A stretch of DNA of 32,000 nucleotides from Nostoc punctiforme PCC 73102 (lineage in GTDB: Bacteria > Cyanobacteriota > Cyanobacteriia > Cyanobacteriales > Nostocaceae): contig NC_010628.1 of NCBI RefSeq assembly GCF_000020025.1, positions 4,620,001 through 4,652,000 of the forward strand, read 5' to 3'. The number at the start of each line of letters is the position of its first letter. Positions within the stretch are counted from its first letter, which is position 1. Both the position numbers and the translations under genes were made by a program. The notes under the pieces are model-generated. The model was not told the DNA's origin. It ran no database searches and saw only the letters and a program-made list of their open reading frames with translations. Below, piece after piece: positions 8,271 through 17,237 of the stretch.

Positions 8271-9764
8271 ATGAAATGGGCTATTTACAAAAAGAATACG
8301 GGCAGTTTTGTAATAGCAGTAGCAATTATGACTGGTATCGGCGTAGTTTCGTATCTGAGTTTGCTTCAGTATAAAGAAAATGCTCAATGGGTAACACATA
8401 CACGCGAGGTACTTGAAAAGACAAAAGAAATAATGTCACAGATTAAGGATGCAGAAACTGGACAACGGGGCTATCTTCTCACGGGCAAAAAACGGTATCT
8501 CGAACCCTATCGCATAGCAACTGGCGAGATTGTTCAGCAACTTAAGGCTCTGCGCCAATTGACTGCGGATAACCCCAATCAGCAACGGCGGCTCGATCGC
8601 CTTGAACCCTTGATTACCAAAAAACTGGTTTTGATTGAACAGGCGATTAATGCAAGGAGCAAAGATTTAGAGTCCGCACTGCAAATAGTTCAGACAGATC
8701 GGGGTCAGCAGATTATGGAGGACATCCGAATGCTCACTACAGCTATGGAGAACGAAGAAAATGAGTTGTTGAAACAGAGGTCAATGGAGGCGAACGCCAG
8801 CGCTCATCAAACAACTGTACTGACTATTTTTGGCAGCATTATCGCTTCTGTCATCGTCGGTTTAGCAGCCACGATTACCAATCAGGAACTCGTCAAACGC
8901 AAGCGGATGGAAAATTCTCTGCAAAAAGCTCGCGCTGAATTAGAAATAGAGGTTAACAAACGGACTGCCGAACTGAGAAACACTAACGAAGAATTGCAAA
9001 CTGAAATTAATGAGCGCAAAAAGGCAGAGTCGGAGATTCTGCGGCTGAATGTCCAGCTTGAGCAGCGAGTTGCAGAACGCACGGCACAACTCGAAGCCAC
9101 TAATAAAGAGATGGAAGCATTTAGTTATTCTGTATCTCACGACCTGCGGGCCCCCTTGCGGAGTATCGATGGTTTTAGTCAAGCACTACTAGAAGATTAC
9201 GCTGATAAGCTAGACACACTAGGCCAAAACTACCTCCAGCGAGTGCGTGCAGCCACCCAGCGAATGGCACAACTGATTGACGATTTATTGAATCTGTCAC
9301 GATTGACGCGCAGTGAGATGCGTTGCGAAAAGGTTGATCTGAGCGCACTGGTGGAGGCGATCGCTACAGAGTTGCACAAAACCCAACCAGAACGCCAAGT
9401 AGAGTTTGCGATCGCGCCGGGATTGGTTACTAAAGGTGATGCTCATCTGTTACGGATAGTCCTAGAAAACCTGCTGGGTAATGCGTGGAAGTTTACAGGA
9501 AAACATCAAAAAGCCCGAATAGAATTTGGGCTTTTACAGCAAGATGACACCTATGTGTATTTTGTCCGTGATGATGGCACAGGCTTCGATATGGCCTATG
9601 TTGAGAAACTCTTCGGTGCTTTTCAGCGCCTGCACGCCATGACTGAGTTTGAAGGCACTGGCATCGGATTAGCTACTGTGCAAAGGATTGTTCACCGTCA
9701 TGGTGGCCGTGTCTGGGCTGAAAGCGCAGTAGAACAAGGCGCAACATTTTACTTCACCCTTTAA
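8271..9764 (+). CDS. CHASE3-domain sensor histidine kinase
   Basis: 497 aa. After an N-terminal TM helix comes a CHASE3 signature (WVTHTREVL...[20 protein letters not shown]). A second TM helix and a coiled coil follow. The H-box is [16 protein letters not shown], and the HATPase_c N/G boxes are [15 protein letters not shown] and GTGIGLATV. An AGGAAGG Shine-Dalgarno sequence precedes the ATG. Confidence 0.9.
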   Translation: MKWAIYKKNTGSFVIAVAIMTGIGVVSYLSLLQYKENAQWVTHTREVLEKTKEIMSQIKDAETGQRGYLLTGKKRYLEPYRIATGEIVQQLKALRQLTADNPNQQRRLDRLEPLITKKLVLIEQAINARSKDLESALQIVQTDRGQQIMEDIRMLTTAMENEENELLKQRSMEANASAHQTTVLTIFGSIIASVIVGLAATITNQELVKRKRMENSLQKARAELEIEVNKRTAELRNTNEELQTEINERKKAESEILRLNVQLEQRVAERTAQLEATNKEMEAFSYSVSHDLRAPLRSIDGFSQALLEDYADKLDTLGQNYLQRVRAATQRMAQLIDDLLNLSRLTRSEMRCEKVDLSALVEAIATELHKTQPERQVEFAIAPGLVTKGDAHLLRIVLENLLGNAWKFTGKHQKARIEFGLLQQDDTYVYFVRDDGTGFDMAYVEKLFGAFQRLHAMTEFEGTGIGLATVQRIVHRHGGRVWAESAVEQGATFYFTL

Positions 9765-9783
9765 CTATAGGAAGATATACCAC

Positions 9784-10212
9784 ATGATTCTACTAGTAGA
9801 AGACAATCCTGACGATGAAGCGTTAACCTTACGGGCACTGAAGAAAAACAACATTATGAACGAGGTAGTGGTAGCACGCGATGGGGTACAAGCCCTAGAT
9901 TATCTCTTTGGTAAAGGTGTGTACGCTGACCGCGACATGAGCGTTATGCCGAATCTCATCCTGTTGGATTTGAAGTTGCCTAAAATGGATGGTTTGGAAG
10001 TTTTGCGACATCTACGAGCCGACGAAAGGACAAAAATTCTTCCCGTCGTCATTCTCACTTCGTCCAAGGAAGAGCAAGACTTAATCAATGGTTACAGCTT
10101 AGGTGCCAACAGCTATGTTCGGAAACCAGTAGACTTTTCCCAATTCAGTGAAGCAGTGCGACAACTAGGGTTGTACTGGTTTGTCTTAAACGAATCACCA
10201 CCAAGGGTATAG
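9784..10212 (+). CDS. single-domain response regulator (receiver only)
   Basis: 142 aa, 19 nt after the kinase stop. It has the acidic pocket (LLVEDNPDDE), the phospho-acceptor context (LILLDLKLPKMDG), and TSS / KP motifs. Confidence 0.9.
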   Translation: MILLVEDNPDDEALTLRALKKNNIMNEVVVARDGVQALDYLFGKGVYADRDMSVMPNLILLDLKLPKMDGLEVLRHLRADERTKILPVVILTSSKEEQDLINGYSLGANSYVRKPVDFSQFSEAVRQLGLYWFVLNESPPRV

Positions 10213-10221
10213 CTTACTAAA

Positions 10222-10363
10222 GAAGGCAGGGGGCAATACTTCTCGGTTAAATGGGAAAGGGGAAAGGGAAAGAAAAAACCTTTAACCTTTTCCCCAAACC
10301 CAATTCCGAGTTAAAAATGCACAAAGTGGGAAGTATTGGGTTCCAACTAAGCCTCCTGCCTCC
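10222..10363. repeat. long imperfect inverted repeat (about 140 bp) between two signalling genes
   Basis: Complementary blocks read by eye: ggcagg (10225-10230) with cctgcc (10355-10360); caatacttc (10234-10242) with gaagtattg (10330-10338); ctcgg with ccgag; ggggaaaggg with ccttttcccc. The bulges are asymmetric. Confidence 0.5.
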
Positions 10364-10386
10364 AAAATATACAAAGCTGACTTTCT

Positions 10387-10414
10387 GAATTACGAATTAC
10401 GAATTACGAATTAC
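10387..10414. repeat. heptamer tandem repeat (GAATTAC)x4, STRR-like
   Basis: Four perfect head-to-tail copies at 10387-10393, 10394-10400, 10401-10407 and 10408-10414. The array ends on the nucleotide before the ATG at 10415. Confidence 0.9.
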
Positions 10415-11452
10415 ATGGGTATACCACTGCGCGTATTACTTGTTGAGGATTCAGAAGACGACGCTTTTTTGTTGCTACGTGAACTGCAACGTGGTGACTA
10501 TGAAGTAGCCTTTGAAAGGGTTGATACACCCACAGCCATGAAAGCTGCGATCGCAGAGCAAATATGGGATATTGTCATCTGTGATTATTCCATGCCCACC
10601 TTTAGCGCTCCTGCTGCATTAAAGCAGGTTAAGGAAAGTGGACTTGATCTGCCATTCATTATCGTCTCAGGCACGATTGGTGAAGATACCGCAGTAGCCG
10701 CTATGAAAGCTGGTGCCCATGATTACATCATCAAAGGTAATCTAGCAAGACTTATCCCTGCTGTTGCTCGCGAGTTGCGTGAGGCCCAGGTGAGATTGGA
10801 ACGTAAACAAGCAGAGGAGCAGATTAAAGCATCGCTTCAAGAAAAAGAGGTGCTATTGAAAGAAATTCATCACCGGGTAAAAAATAATTTGCAGATTATT
10901 TCTAGTCTGCTCAACCTGCAAGCAGAGTATCTCAAGGACAATCAAGTCCTTGAGGTATTCAAAGATAGCCAGAACCGGATTGAAACAATGGCTCTGATCC
11001 ACGAGAAACTATATCAATCTCAAGACTTGGCAAAGATTAATTTTGCTGAATATATCCAAGATTTGGTAACTAATTTATTTTATTCATATAACGTTAATGC
11101 CAGCGCTATTACTTTAAAAATGAACGTTGAGGAGGTTTTTCTAGCTATTGATGCAGCTATTCCTTGCGGGTTGATTATCAATGAACTTATTTCAAATTCC
11201 CTAAAATATGCTTTTCCCCAAAGAGAAACGGGAGAAATTTGTATTGGCTTTTGCTCCATAGAGGCAAATTTATTTACACTTGCTGTCAGTGATAATGGTG
11301 TCGGTTTTGCCCAAGATTTTGACTTTCAAGCTACAGAATCGTTAGGACTGCGATTAGTAAAAGGTCTAACACATCAGCTACAAGGCAATATCGATTTTAT
11401 CAGCTATAACGGAGTGAAGTGTAAAATTATATTTCCAATTAAAAATATCTAA
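10415..11452 (+). CDS. hybrid response regulator / HisKA_2-type histidine kinase
   Basis: 345 aa. The N-terminal receiver has LLVEDSEDD and a [10 protein letters not shown] acceptor context. A coiled coil follows. The HisKA_2 H-box is [20 protein letters not shown], and the ATPase part has [20 protein letters not shown] and GLRLV. Confidence 0.85.
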   Translation: MGIPLRVLLVEDSEDDAFLLLRELQRGDYEVAFERVDTPTAMKAAIAEQIWDIVICDYSMPTFSAPAALKQVKESGLDLPFIIVSGTIGEDTAVAAMKAGAHDYIIKGNLARLIPAVARELREAQVRLERKQAEEQIKASLQEKEVLLKEIHHRVKNNLQIISSLLNLQAEYLKDNQVLEVFKDSQNRIETMALIHEKLYQSQDLAKINFAEYIQDLVTNLFYSYNVNASAITLKMNVEEVFLAIDAAIPCGLIINELISNSLKYAFPQRETGEICIGFCSIEANLFTLAVSDNGVGFAQDFDFQATESLGLRLVKGLTHQLQGNIDFISYNGVKCKIIFPIKNI

Positions 11453-11473
11453 TTTCATAAGATAAATAAAATC

Positions 11474-13948
11474 ATGAACCCAGTAAATATATTAGTTGTT
11501 GAAGATGAAATCATCGTGGCAATGGATATACAAAGTCGGCTAAGTAAATTTGGATACACTGTTCTGGGTCTTGCCGATTCTGGAGAAGAAGCAATTAAGA
11601 AAGCAGCAGATGATTCTCTAGATTTAGTTCTAATGGATATTCATCTCAAAGGAAAGATGGACGGTGTTGAGGCTGCTCAGATAATTCATAATATTTTTAA
11701 TGTTCCAATAATATATCTTACTGCTAATGCAGATGAATCAACCTTGGCTCGAGCAAAGGTAACAGAGCCGTTTGGCTACATTCTTAAGCCTTTCAAAGAA
11801 AAAGAATTAAAGTTTACTATTGAAATTACTCTTTCCAAACATCGGACGGAAAAAAAAATAAAACAGAATGAACAATGGCTGACTACTGTACTTAAAAGTA
11901 TTGGGGATGCTGTGATTACTAGCGACGCATCTGGAACTGTGACTTTTATGAATCCTATTGCAGAGGAACTGACGGGCTGGAATTATTCAGACGCGTTTGG
12001 TAAAGAAGCAACAGAAGTATTCAATATTGCTCATGAAGAAACTCGGATAATAATTGAAAGTCCGATAACGCAAGTCCTTCAGTCGGGCATTACTGTCGGT
12101 CTACCAGAACAGACTATACTTATTACTAAAAACGGTGCAGAAATCCCTATTGATGATAGTATTGCAGCGATTAAAGATGACAACGGTAACATCACGGGTG
12201 CAGTTCTTGTTTTTCAGGATATCACCGAGCGCAAGCAGATATTGGCGGCACTAGCGCGTCGCCAGCAAGAATTCAAAGCACTAGTTGAAAATGCACCTGA
12301 TATTATTTCCAGATTTAACACTCAATTGCGCTATGTTTACGTTAATCCAGCTATTGAAAAGGTTACAGGGATATCAGCCGAAACATTTATCGGTAAAACA
12401 AACGCAGAATTAAATCTACCGGAAGAATTTTGCCGGATGTGTGATCGCAAGCTTGGGCAAGTTTTCCAAACCAAGCAAGAAACCGAGTTTGAATGTACTT
12501 TAGCGATCGCTGCCCAAACAAGACATTACCATACCCGTCTTGTGCCTGAATTGGCTAGCGATGAGTCAGTATACTTTGTCTTGAGTATTTCTCGCAATAT
12601 TACTGCTCTAAAACTTGCGGAAGCACAATTAATTCATGATGCCTTTCACGATATACTAACCAGTCTGCCAAACCGCGCCTTGTTTATGGAACGGCTAGAA
12701 CGGGCGCTGATGTTGGCAAAACGACGTGCAGACTATACATTCGCTGTTCTGTTTCTAGATTTAGATCGCTTCAAAGTTGTCAACGACAGTCTCGGTCACA
12801 TGATTGGCGATCAACTACTAACTGCCCTTGCTCGCAGACTGGAAAACTGTGTGCGTGCTGGAGACACAGTTGCCCGGCTTGGGGGAGATGAGTTTACAAT
12901 TCTGCTTGATGATATCAACAACATCAATGACGCAATAGGCGTAGTGGAGCGGATACACGAAGCTCTGACATCTGCGTTCACACTCAGCGGATATGAAGTA
13001 TTTACCACCGTCAGCATTGGCATCGTCGTGAGCAAGGGTAGTTACAACCTACCAGAGCAGATCCTGCGCGATGCTGACATTGCAATGTATCGCGCTAAAG
13101 CATTGGGTAAGGCACGCCATGAGATATTTGACTCAACCATGTACACCCAAATAACGAAGCTATTAGAGTTAGAGATGGATCTACGACGGGCAGTTGAACG
13201 CCAGGAGTTTCAGGTTTACTACCAGCCAATTGTTTTATTAGAAACTTGTAAAATTATTGGCTTCGAGGCTCTCGTTCGCTGGCAACATCCACAGCACGGA
13301 TTAGTTCCTCCAGAAAGCTTTATTCCAATAGCAGAAGAAACTGGGTTGATTATCCCTCTTGGTTATTGGGTATTGGGGGAGGCTTGTCGGCAGATGCGTG
13401 CTTGGCAAATCCAATTTCCGACCGATCCACCCTTGACAATCAGTGTAAATCTTTCCACTAAACAGTTTTTACAACCCGATCTGATTGAGCAAATTAACCA
13501 AATTATGCAAGAGACTGCCCTGGAAGCCAGTAATTTAAAGTTGGAGATTACTGAAAGCGTACTGATGGAAAATATTCAGTCAGCAACTTTTATGCTCTTG
13601 CAACTACAACAGATGAATATCCAATTACACTTAGATGATTTTGGCATAGGCTATTCATCGTTGAGTTACCTGCACCGCTTTCCAAGTCATGCCTTGAAGA
13701 TCGATCGTTCTTTTATTACTAAGATTGGTGCTAATGGAGAAAACTTGGAGATTGTTCAGGCGATTATCACCCTAGCCGAGAGTCTAAATATAGATGTGAT
13801 AGCAGAGGGCATAGAAACGGTAGAGCAACTGTCACAACTTAGAGCCATGAAATGCAAATACGCACAGGGATATTTTTTCTCCCAACCCCTGGATAGCAAG
13901 TCGATAGAAACATTAATTGTATCTGGCATTCAGCCGAGACAAGGATAG
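11474..13948 (+). CDS. response regulator with PAS-PAS-GGDEF-EAL output (c-di-GMP turnover)
   Basis: 824 aa. The receiver has VVEDEIIVAMD and DLVLMDIHL. Two PAS domains follow. The GGDEF domain has an intact RLGGDEF motif and an upstream RAGD (RxxD I-site position). The EAL domain has EALVRW, EITES, DDFGIGYSSLSYL, KIDRSF, EGIET and QGYFF. Confidence 0.9.
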   Translation: MNPVNILVVEDEIIVAMDIQSRLSKFGYTVLGLADSGEEAIKKAADDSLDLVLMDIHLKGKMDGVEAAQIIHNIFNVPIIYLTANADESTLARAKVTEPFGYILKPFKEKELKFTIEITLSKHRTEKKIKQNEQWLTTVLKSIGDAVITSDASGTVTFMNPIAEELTGWNYSDAFGKEATEVFNIAHEETRIIIESPITQVLQSGITVGLPEQTILITKNGAEIPIDDSIAAIKDDNGNITGAVLVFQDITERKQILAALARRQQEFKALVENAPDIISRFNTQLRYVYVNPAIEKVTGISAETFIGKTNAELNLPEEFCRMCDRKLGQVFQTKQETEFECTLAIAAQTRHYHTRLVPELASDESVYFVLSISRNITALKLAEAQLIHDAFHDILTSLPNRALFMERLERALMLAKRRADYTFAVLFLDLDRFKVVNDSLGHMIGDQLLTALARRLENCVRAGDTVARLGGDEFTILLDDINNINDAIGVVERIHEALTSAFTLSGYEVFTTVSIGIVVSKGSYNLPEQILRDADIAMYRAKALGKARHEIFDSTMYTQITKLLELEMDLRRAVERQEFQVYYQPIVLLETCKIIGFEALVRWQHPQHGLVPPESFIPIAEETGLIIPLGYWVLGEACRQMRAWQIQFPTDPPLTISVNLSTKQFLQPDLIEQINQIMQETALEASNLKLEITESVLMENIQSATFMLLQLQQMNIQLHLDDFGIGYSSLSYLHRFPSHALKIDRSFITKIGANGENLEIVQAIITLAESLNIDVIAEGIETVEQLSQLRAMKCKYAQGYFFSQPLDSKSIETLIVSGIQPRQG

Positions 13949-14006
13949 CGTTACCTACACCACTCTCAATACGGTTCGGTTAAGGTTTTTTTTATGAAAA
14001 TCACAA

Positions 14007-14071
14007 AGACGCGATAAATCGCCGTCTCTACAAAGGACTGATTATTGTAAAGACGGCAATTTATCGCGTCT
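14007..14071. terminator. twin hairpin elements (AGACGCGAT..ATCGCCGTCT family) between convergent genes; possible bidirectional terminator
   Basis: 14007-14032 (agacgcgataaatcgccgtctctaca) and 14046-14071 (tgtaaagacggcaatttatcgcgtct) are reverse complements at 24 of 26 positions. Each arm is also internally self-complementary. A T-run (13986-13993) lies just upstream. Confidence 0.5.
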
Positions 14072-14151
14072 CTTCCCTTTCCCCGTCTCAGTCGTGGTCT
14101 AAATACCTGAAAACTGCTGTAAAAATTCGAAATCACCCAAGTTTAGGCGGG

Positions 14152-14616
14152 TCATTGACTTTCTTTTTCTCCTCTAGCTCGTTCCTGTGTCAAGCTATCA
14201 ATAGCATCACCCAAAGCAGTAGTAAGGCTATTGCGGGTTTGGCCATGATTATCCTGCTCAGTTTTCAAAGCTTGCAAGAGGCGATCGCGTTCTTTGATTA
14301 CGGCGATGAGTTTAGTTTGTAACTCCTCCACAGATTTTAGTTGTTCTATTTCTTGTTGAATCGCTGTTAGTGGTGTCCCAGCAGCCAGTGTCTCGACCTC
14401 AAGACCCCGGAGTTTATGCAAGTCTGCCTTGAGTGATGCGATCGCCTGTTGGGACAGTTGGGCATCTGTGCGGCGTTGTTCTGCTTCTGTATTGTAAAGC
14501 TGCCGCCATTTTTGGGCACTTTCCCAAGCTGTATCGCGATCGCTCTGAAGTGCCGCCATCTGCTCTCTGAGTTCCTGGATTTCTGTCAACCACTGTTGTG
14601 TAAAATCTTGATTCAT
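14152..14616 (-). CDS. hypothetical coiled-coil protein
   Basis: 154 aa, strongly heptad-like and charged (EIQELREQMAALQSDRD..., IEQLKSVEELQTKLIAVIKERDRLLQALK). No enzymatic motif found. The overlapping alternative ORFs are shorter and compositionally odd. Confidence 0.6.
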   Translation of the reverse strand: MNQDFTQQWLTEIQELREQMAALQSDRDTAWESAQKWRQLYNTEAEQRRTDAQLSQQAIASLKADLHKLRGLEVETLAAGTPLTAIQQEIEQLKSVEELQTKLIAVIKERDRLLQALKTEQDNHGQTRNSLTTALGDAIDSLTQERARGEKESQ

Positions 14617-14626
14617 AAATTAAATA

Positions 14627-14647
14627 GTCATTTGTCATTTGTCATTT
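14627..14647. repeat. heptamer tandem repeat (GTCATTT)x3 plus a degenerate 4th unit, STRR-like
   Basis: gtcattt gtcattt gtcattt gttattc, read directly. It begins 11 nt upstream of the start codon of the minus-strand gene 14152..14616. Confidence 0.85.
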
Positions 14648-14770
14648 GTTATTCTCCTCCTGCCTCCCCGCTCTCCCCACTCGGTATTATTGCGGTAAAA
14701 AGATAAATGCGATCGCTACGCAAAATTTGGCACAGTAGTTAAGAAACCTAACCAGTTTTAACTCTAAATT

Positions 14771-15670
14771 ATGCCAAAGCCTCGTTTTTTTCGCTTTTTT
14801 TACTACCTCAATTGGCGCACGCTCAAAAAAACTTTTGCTAGGACAATGGAAAGACGACTTTTGGGACTAGCGTCAGAAATCGCCTTCAATGCCATGTTAT
14901 CGCTGTTTCCAGCGATTCTTGCTGTCCTCACAGCCATTGGTTTATTGGCAGAATCTTTACAAGCTACCTTTAAACAACTAGCGGCCCAACTTAGTCAAAT
15001 CCTACCCGAAGAAGCCCTGGTTTTAATTCGTGATTTTGCTACCACAGAAATTACCAATTCTAGAAACAGTGGCTTATTTTCTTTGAGCTTTGTATTAGCA
15101 ATTTGGACTGCTTCTGGGGCGGTGAGTACCGCTATGACAGCCCTCGACCAAATCCATCAAATTCCTTCAGAAAATATGCGCCCCTTTTGGAAAGCCAAGC
15201 TCGTTTCTCTGGGATTAACAGTTGGTACTATGTTGCTTTTAGTGCTGGCTTCTTTCTTAGTGTTTACCAGTGATTGGCTTTTGGGAATGGTAGTACGCGA
15301 AAATGGTTCCTTGATCGTCTTATTACATCTTTGGCAGCTGTTACGCTGGCCTTTAGCTTTAAGTATTGTTGCTGTTGCTTTTGGCTTTGTCTATCGCTAT
15401 GGGCCAAGTGTATGGAACTCAGGCACGCCAATGATGCCTGGAGCAATTTTGGCAGCTGTTTTCTGGGCAATATTATCTGCCCTATTTCGGCTTTATGTGG
15501 CGAATTTTGGCAATTATAATAAAGTATATGGTGCTGTAGGGGCTGTGATAGTTTTAATGCTCTGGTTGTCGATGAGCGCTGCTGTACTGTTAATCGGCGA
15601 TCAGTTGAACGTGACAGTCGGTGAAGATATGCGTCTAAAAGCGCAGTCACAATCTAACGAAAAATATTAA
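14771..15670 (+). CDS. YihY/BrkB-family inner membrane protein (historically mis-named ribonuclease BN)
   Basis: 299 aa, about 6 TM segments. Characteristic blocks: LASEIAFNAMLSLFPAILAV, YRYGP, Y..YGA.GAVIVLMLWL..SA..LLIG...N. Confidence 0.8.
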   Translation: MPKPRFFRFFYYLNWRTLKKTFARTMERRLLGLASEIAFNAMLSLFPAILAVLTAIGLLAESLQATFKQLAAQLSQILPEEALVLIRDFATTEITNSRNSGLFSLSFVLAIWTASGAVSTAMTALDQIHQIPSENMRPFWKAKLVSLGLTVGTMLLLVLASFLVFTSDWLLGMVVRENGSLIVLLHLWQLLRWPLALSIVAVAFGFVYRYGPSVWNSGTPMMPGAILAAVFWAILSALFRLYVANFGNYNKVYGAVGAVIVLMLWLSMSAAVLLIGDQLNVTVGEDMRLKAQSQSNEKY

Positions 15671-15757
15671 TTTGTAAATCCTTGAGAAAACTTTTGCAAA
15701 AGCTCAGTAGGGGAGTAGAATATCTAACGATTCAATGCAAAATTAGCGATCGCCTTC

Positions 15758-16264
15758 ATGCCAGATTCTTCTCCTCGGTTTTCTATGATTGAACCTGATG
15801 CTAAAGCACCCACCTTAAAGCGCCTGCGTCAGTTAAGCCGCCTGCTAGATAATGTTATTACCATTCCTGGTACGAAGATTGGTTTTGGTCTAGATCCAAT
15901 TTTAGGACTTATACCTATTGGTGGTGATTTTTTGGGAGTCATGTTTTCTAGCTACATCATCCTAGAAGCAGCGCGGCTGGGTGTCTCTAGAGCCACTTTA
16001 GGCAAAATGGTTGTAAATGTGATCGTTGATGGGTTGGTAGGCACTGTCCCTGTTTTGGGAGACTTTTTTGATTTTGCCTGGAGAGCTAACACTAATAATA
16101 TCAAGCTATTGGAAGAATACTTAAAGTTTCCCAGCGAGCAAAAGAGTGCAGATAGGTTGTTTATTATTGCTCTTTTGGTTGGATTGTTGCTAATATCCAT
16201 TGTTTTAGTAGCATTACCCGTGATCCTAATTAGAATATTCTGGAACGCTTTAACTGGTGGTTAA
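15758..16264 (+). CDS. DUF4112-domain membrane protein
   Basis: 168 aa. Conserved core: LDNVITIPGTKIGFGLDPILGLIPIGGDFLG......LGDFFDFAWRANTNN. A C-terminal TM helix is present. Confidence 0.75.
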   Translation: MPDSSPRFSMIEPDAKAPTLKRLRQLSRLLDNVITIPGTKIGFGLDPILGLIPIGGDFLGVMFSSYIILEAARLGVSRATLGKMVVNVIVDGLVGTVPVLGDFFDFAWRANTNNIKLLEEYLKFPSEQKSADRLFIIALLVGLLLISIVLVALPVILIRIFWNALTGG

Positions 16265-17237
16265 ATTATTGATAGATAATGGAATGAAAGATTGGTGGCA
16301 AGCTACTTTTCCCAACGGACGGCAAACTTTAATTATTACTGATGCTAAAGGCTATCCTGTAGAAATTTCTTATGGCGAAAAAGGTAAAGGAAAACCGCTA
16401 ATTTTGTTACATGGCATGGGTAGTTGGAGCTATAATTGGCGACACAGCGTCACAGAATTATCTAAATATTTTCGGGTAATTTGTTTTGATGCCAAAGGTT
16501 TTGGCTTTTCTGAAAAACCATTGTCTCGTCGAGAACACAACGGTCATCAAGTTATTGAGTTTCAAAGAATTATTCAGGCATTATGTGATGAACCCGCAGT
16601 GATTGTAGCAGAATCTCTGGGGGGATTAGTTGCCCTTGCTCTTGCTCAAGAAAATCCGCAGTTAATCGGGCAGCTTGTAGTAGTAAATGTGCCTGTTTTT
16701 GCTAAACGTCTACCCCATTGGGCTATGGGATTACTTGCTCAAACCCCTCTAGAAATCATCCAAACAATTGACTCCTTACGGTTGGCATATTTCTTTGCAC
16801 CTCTATTAAGAGAAATTATGGCAATAGAAAGACGTGGGGTATTATTTGATCCGTCAATTTTGACAAAAGAAGATGTCTATTGGATAACTTACCCGTTTAT
16901 TGAATTTCCTGGTACGCTTGTCAAAGTTGCCGAAGAGTTACAAATAGCAGCGCGAGAAATTGAGAATTGGCAAGCAGATAAACCAAATATGCTTACCAAA
17001 ATTCAAAATAAACTAAGTATAATTAAGTGCCCTACACTAGTTTTGTGGGGCGATCAAGATAGTTGGTTTCCTGCTACTCATGGTGAAAAATTACATCAGC
17101 ATATCCCAAATTCCAAATTAAAAATTTTGTCTAACTGCTATCATGACGCTTCAACTGGTGCTTCTAAGGAGTTGAATGCAGCGATTCTGGAATTTTTACG
17201 GGATGGTAATACCGTATTAAGATCGCTTGATAGCTAA
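16257..17237 (+). CDS. alpha/beta-fold hydrolase
   Basis: 326 aa. Oxyanion-hole region PLILLHGMGSWSYNWR, nucleophile elbow VAESLGG, and a C-terminal His region (NCYHD). The GTG at 16257 overlaps the previous stop by 8 nt. The first ATG is at 16284, so the true start is uncertain. Confidence 0.8.
   Translation: MVKLLIDNGMKDWWQATFPNGRQTLIITDAKGYPVEISYGEKGKGKPLILLHGMGSWSYNWRHSVTELSKYFRVICFDAKGFGFSEKPLSRREHNGHQVIEFQRIIQALCDEPAVIVAESLGGLVALALAQENPQLIGQLVVVNVPVFAKRLPHWAMGLLAQTPLEIIQTIDSLRLAYFFAPLLREIMAIERRGVLFDPSILTKEDVYWITYPFIEFPGTLVKVAEELQIAAREIENWQADKPNMLTKIQNKLSIIKCPTLVLWGDQDSWFPATHGEKLHQHIPNSKLKILSNCYHDASTGASKELNAAILEFLRDGNTVLRSLDS

Noticed and set aside
10387-10414. Heptamer arrays (also at 14627-14647 and 23473-23493) as CRISPR or minisatellite arrays
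   Set aside because: The units are 7 nt and directly abutting with no spacers, which fits STRR-type repeats of heterocystous cyanobacteria rather than CRISPR.
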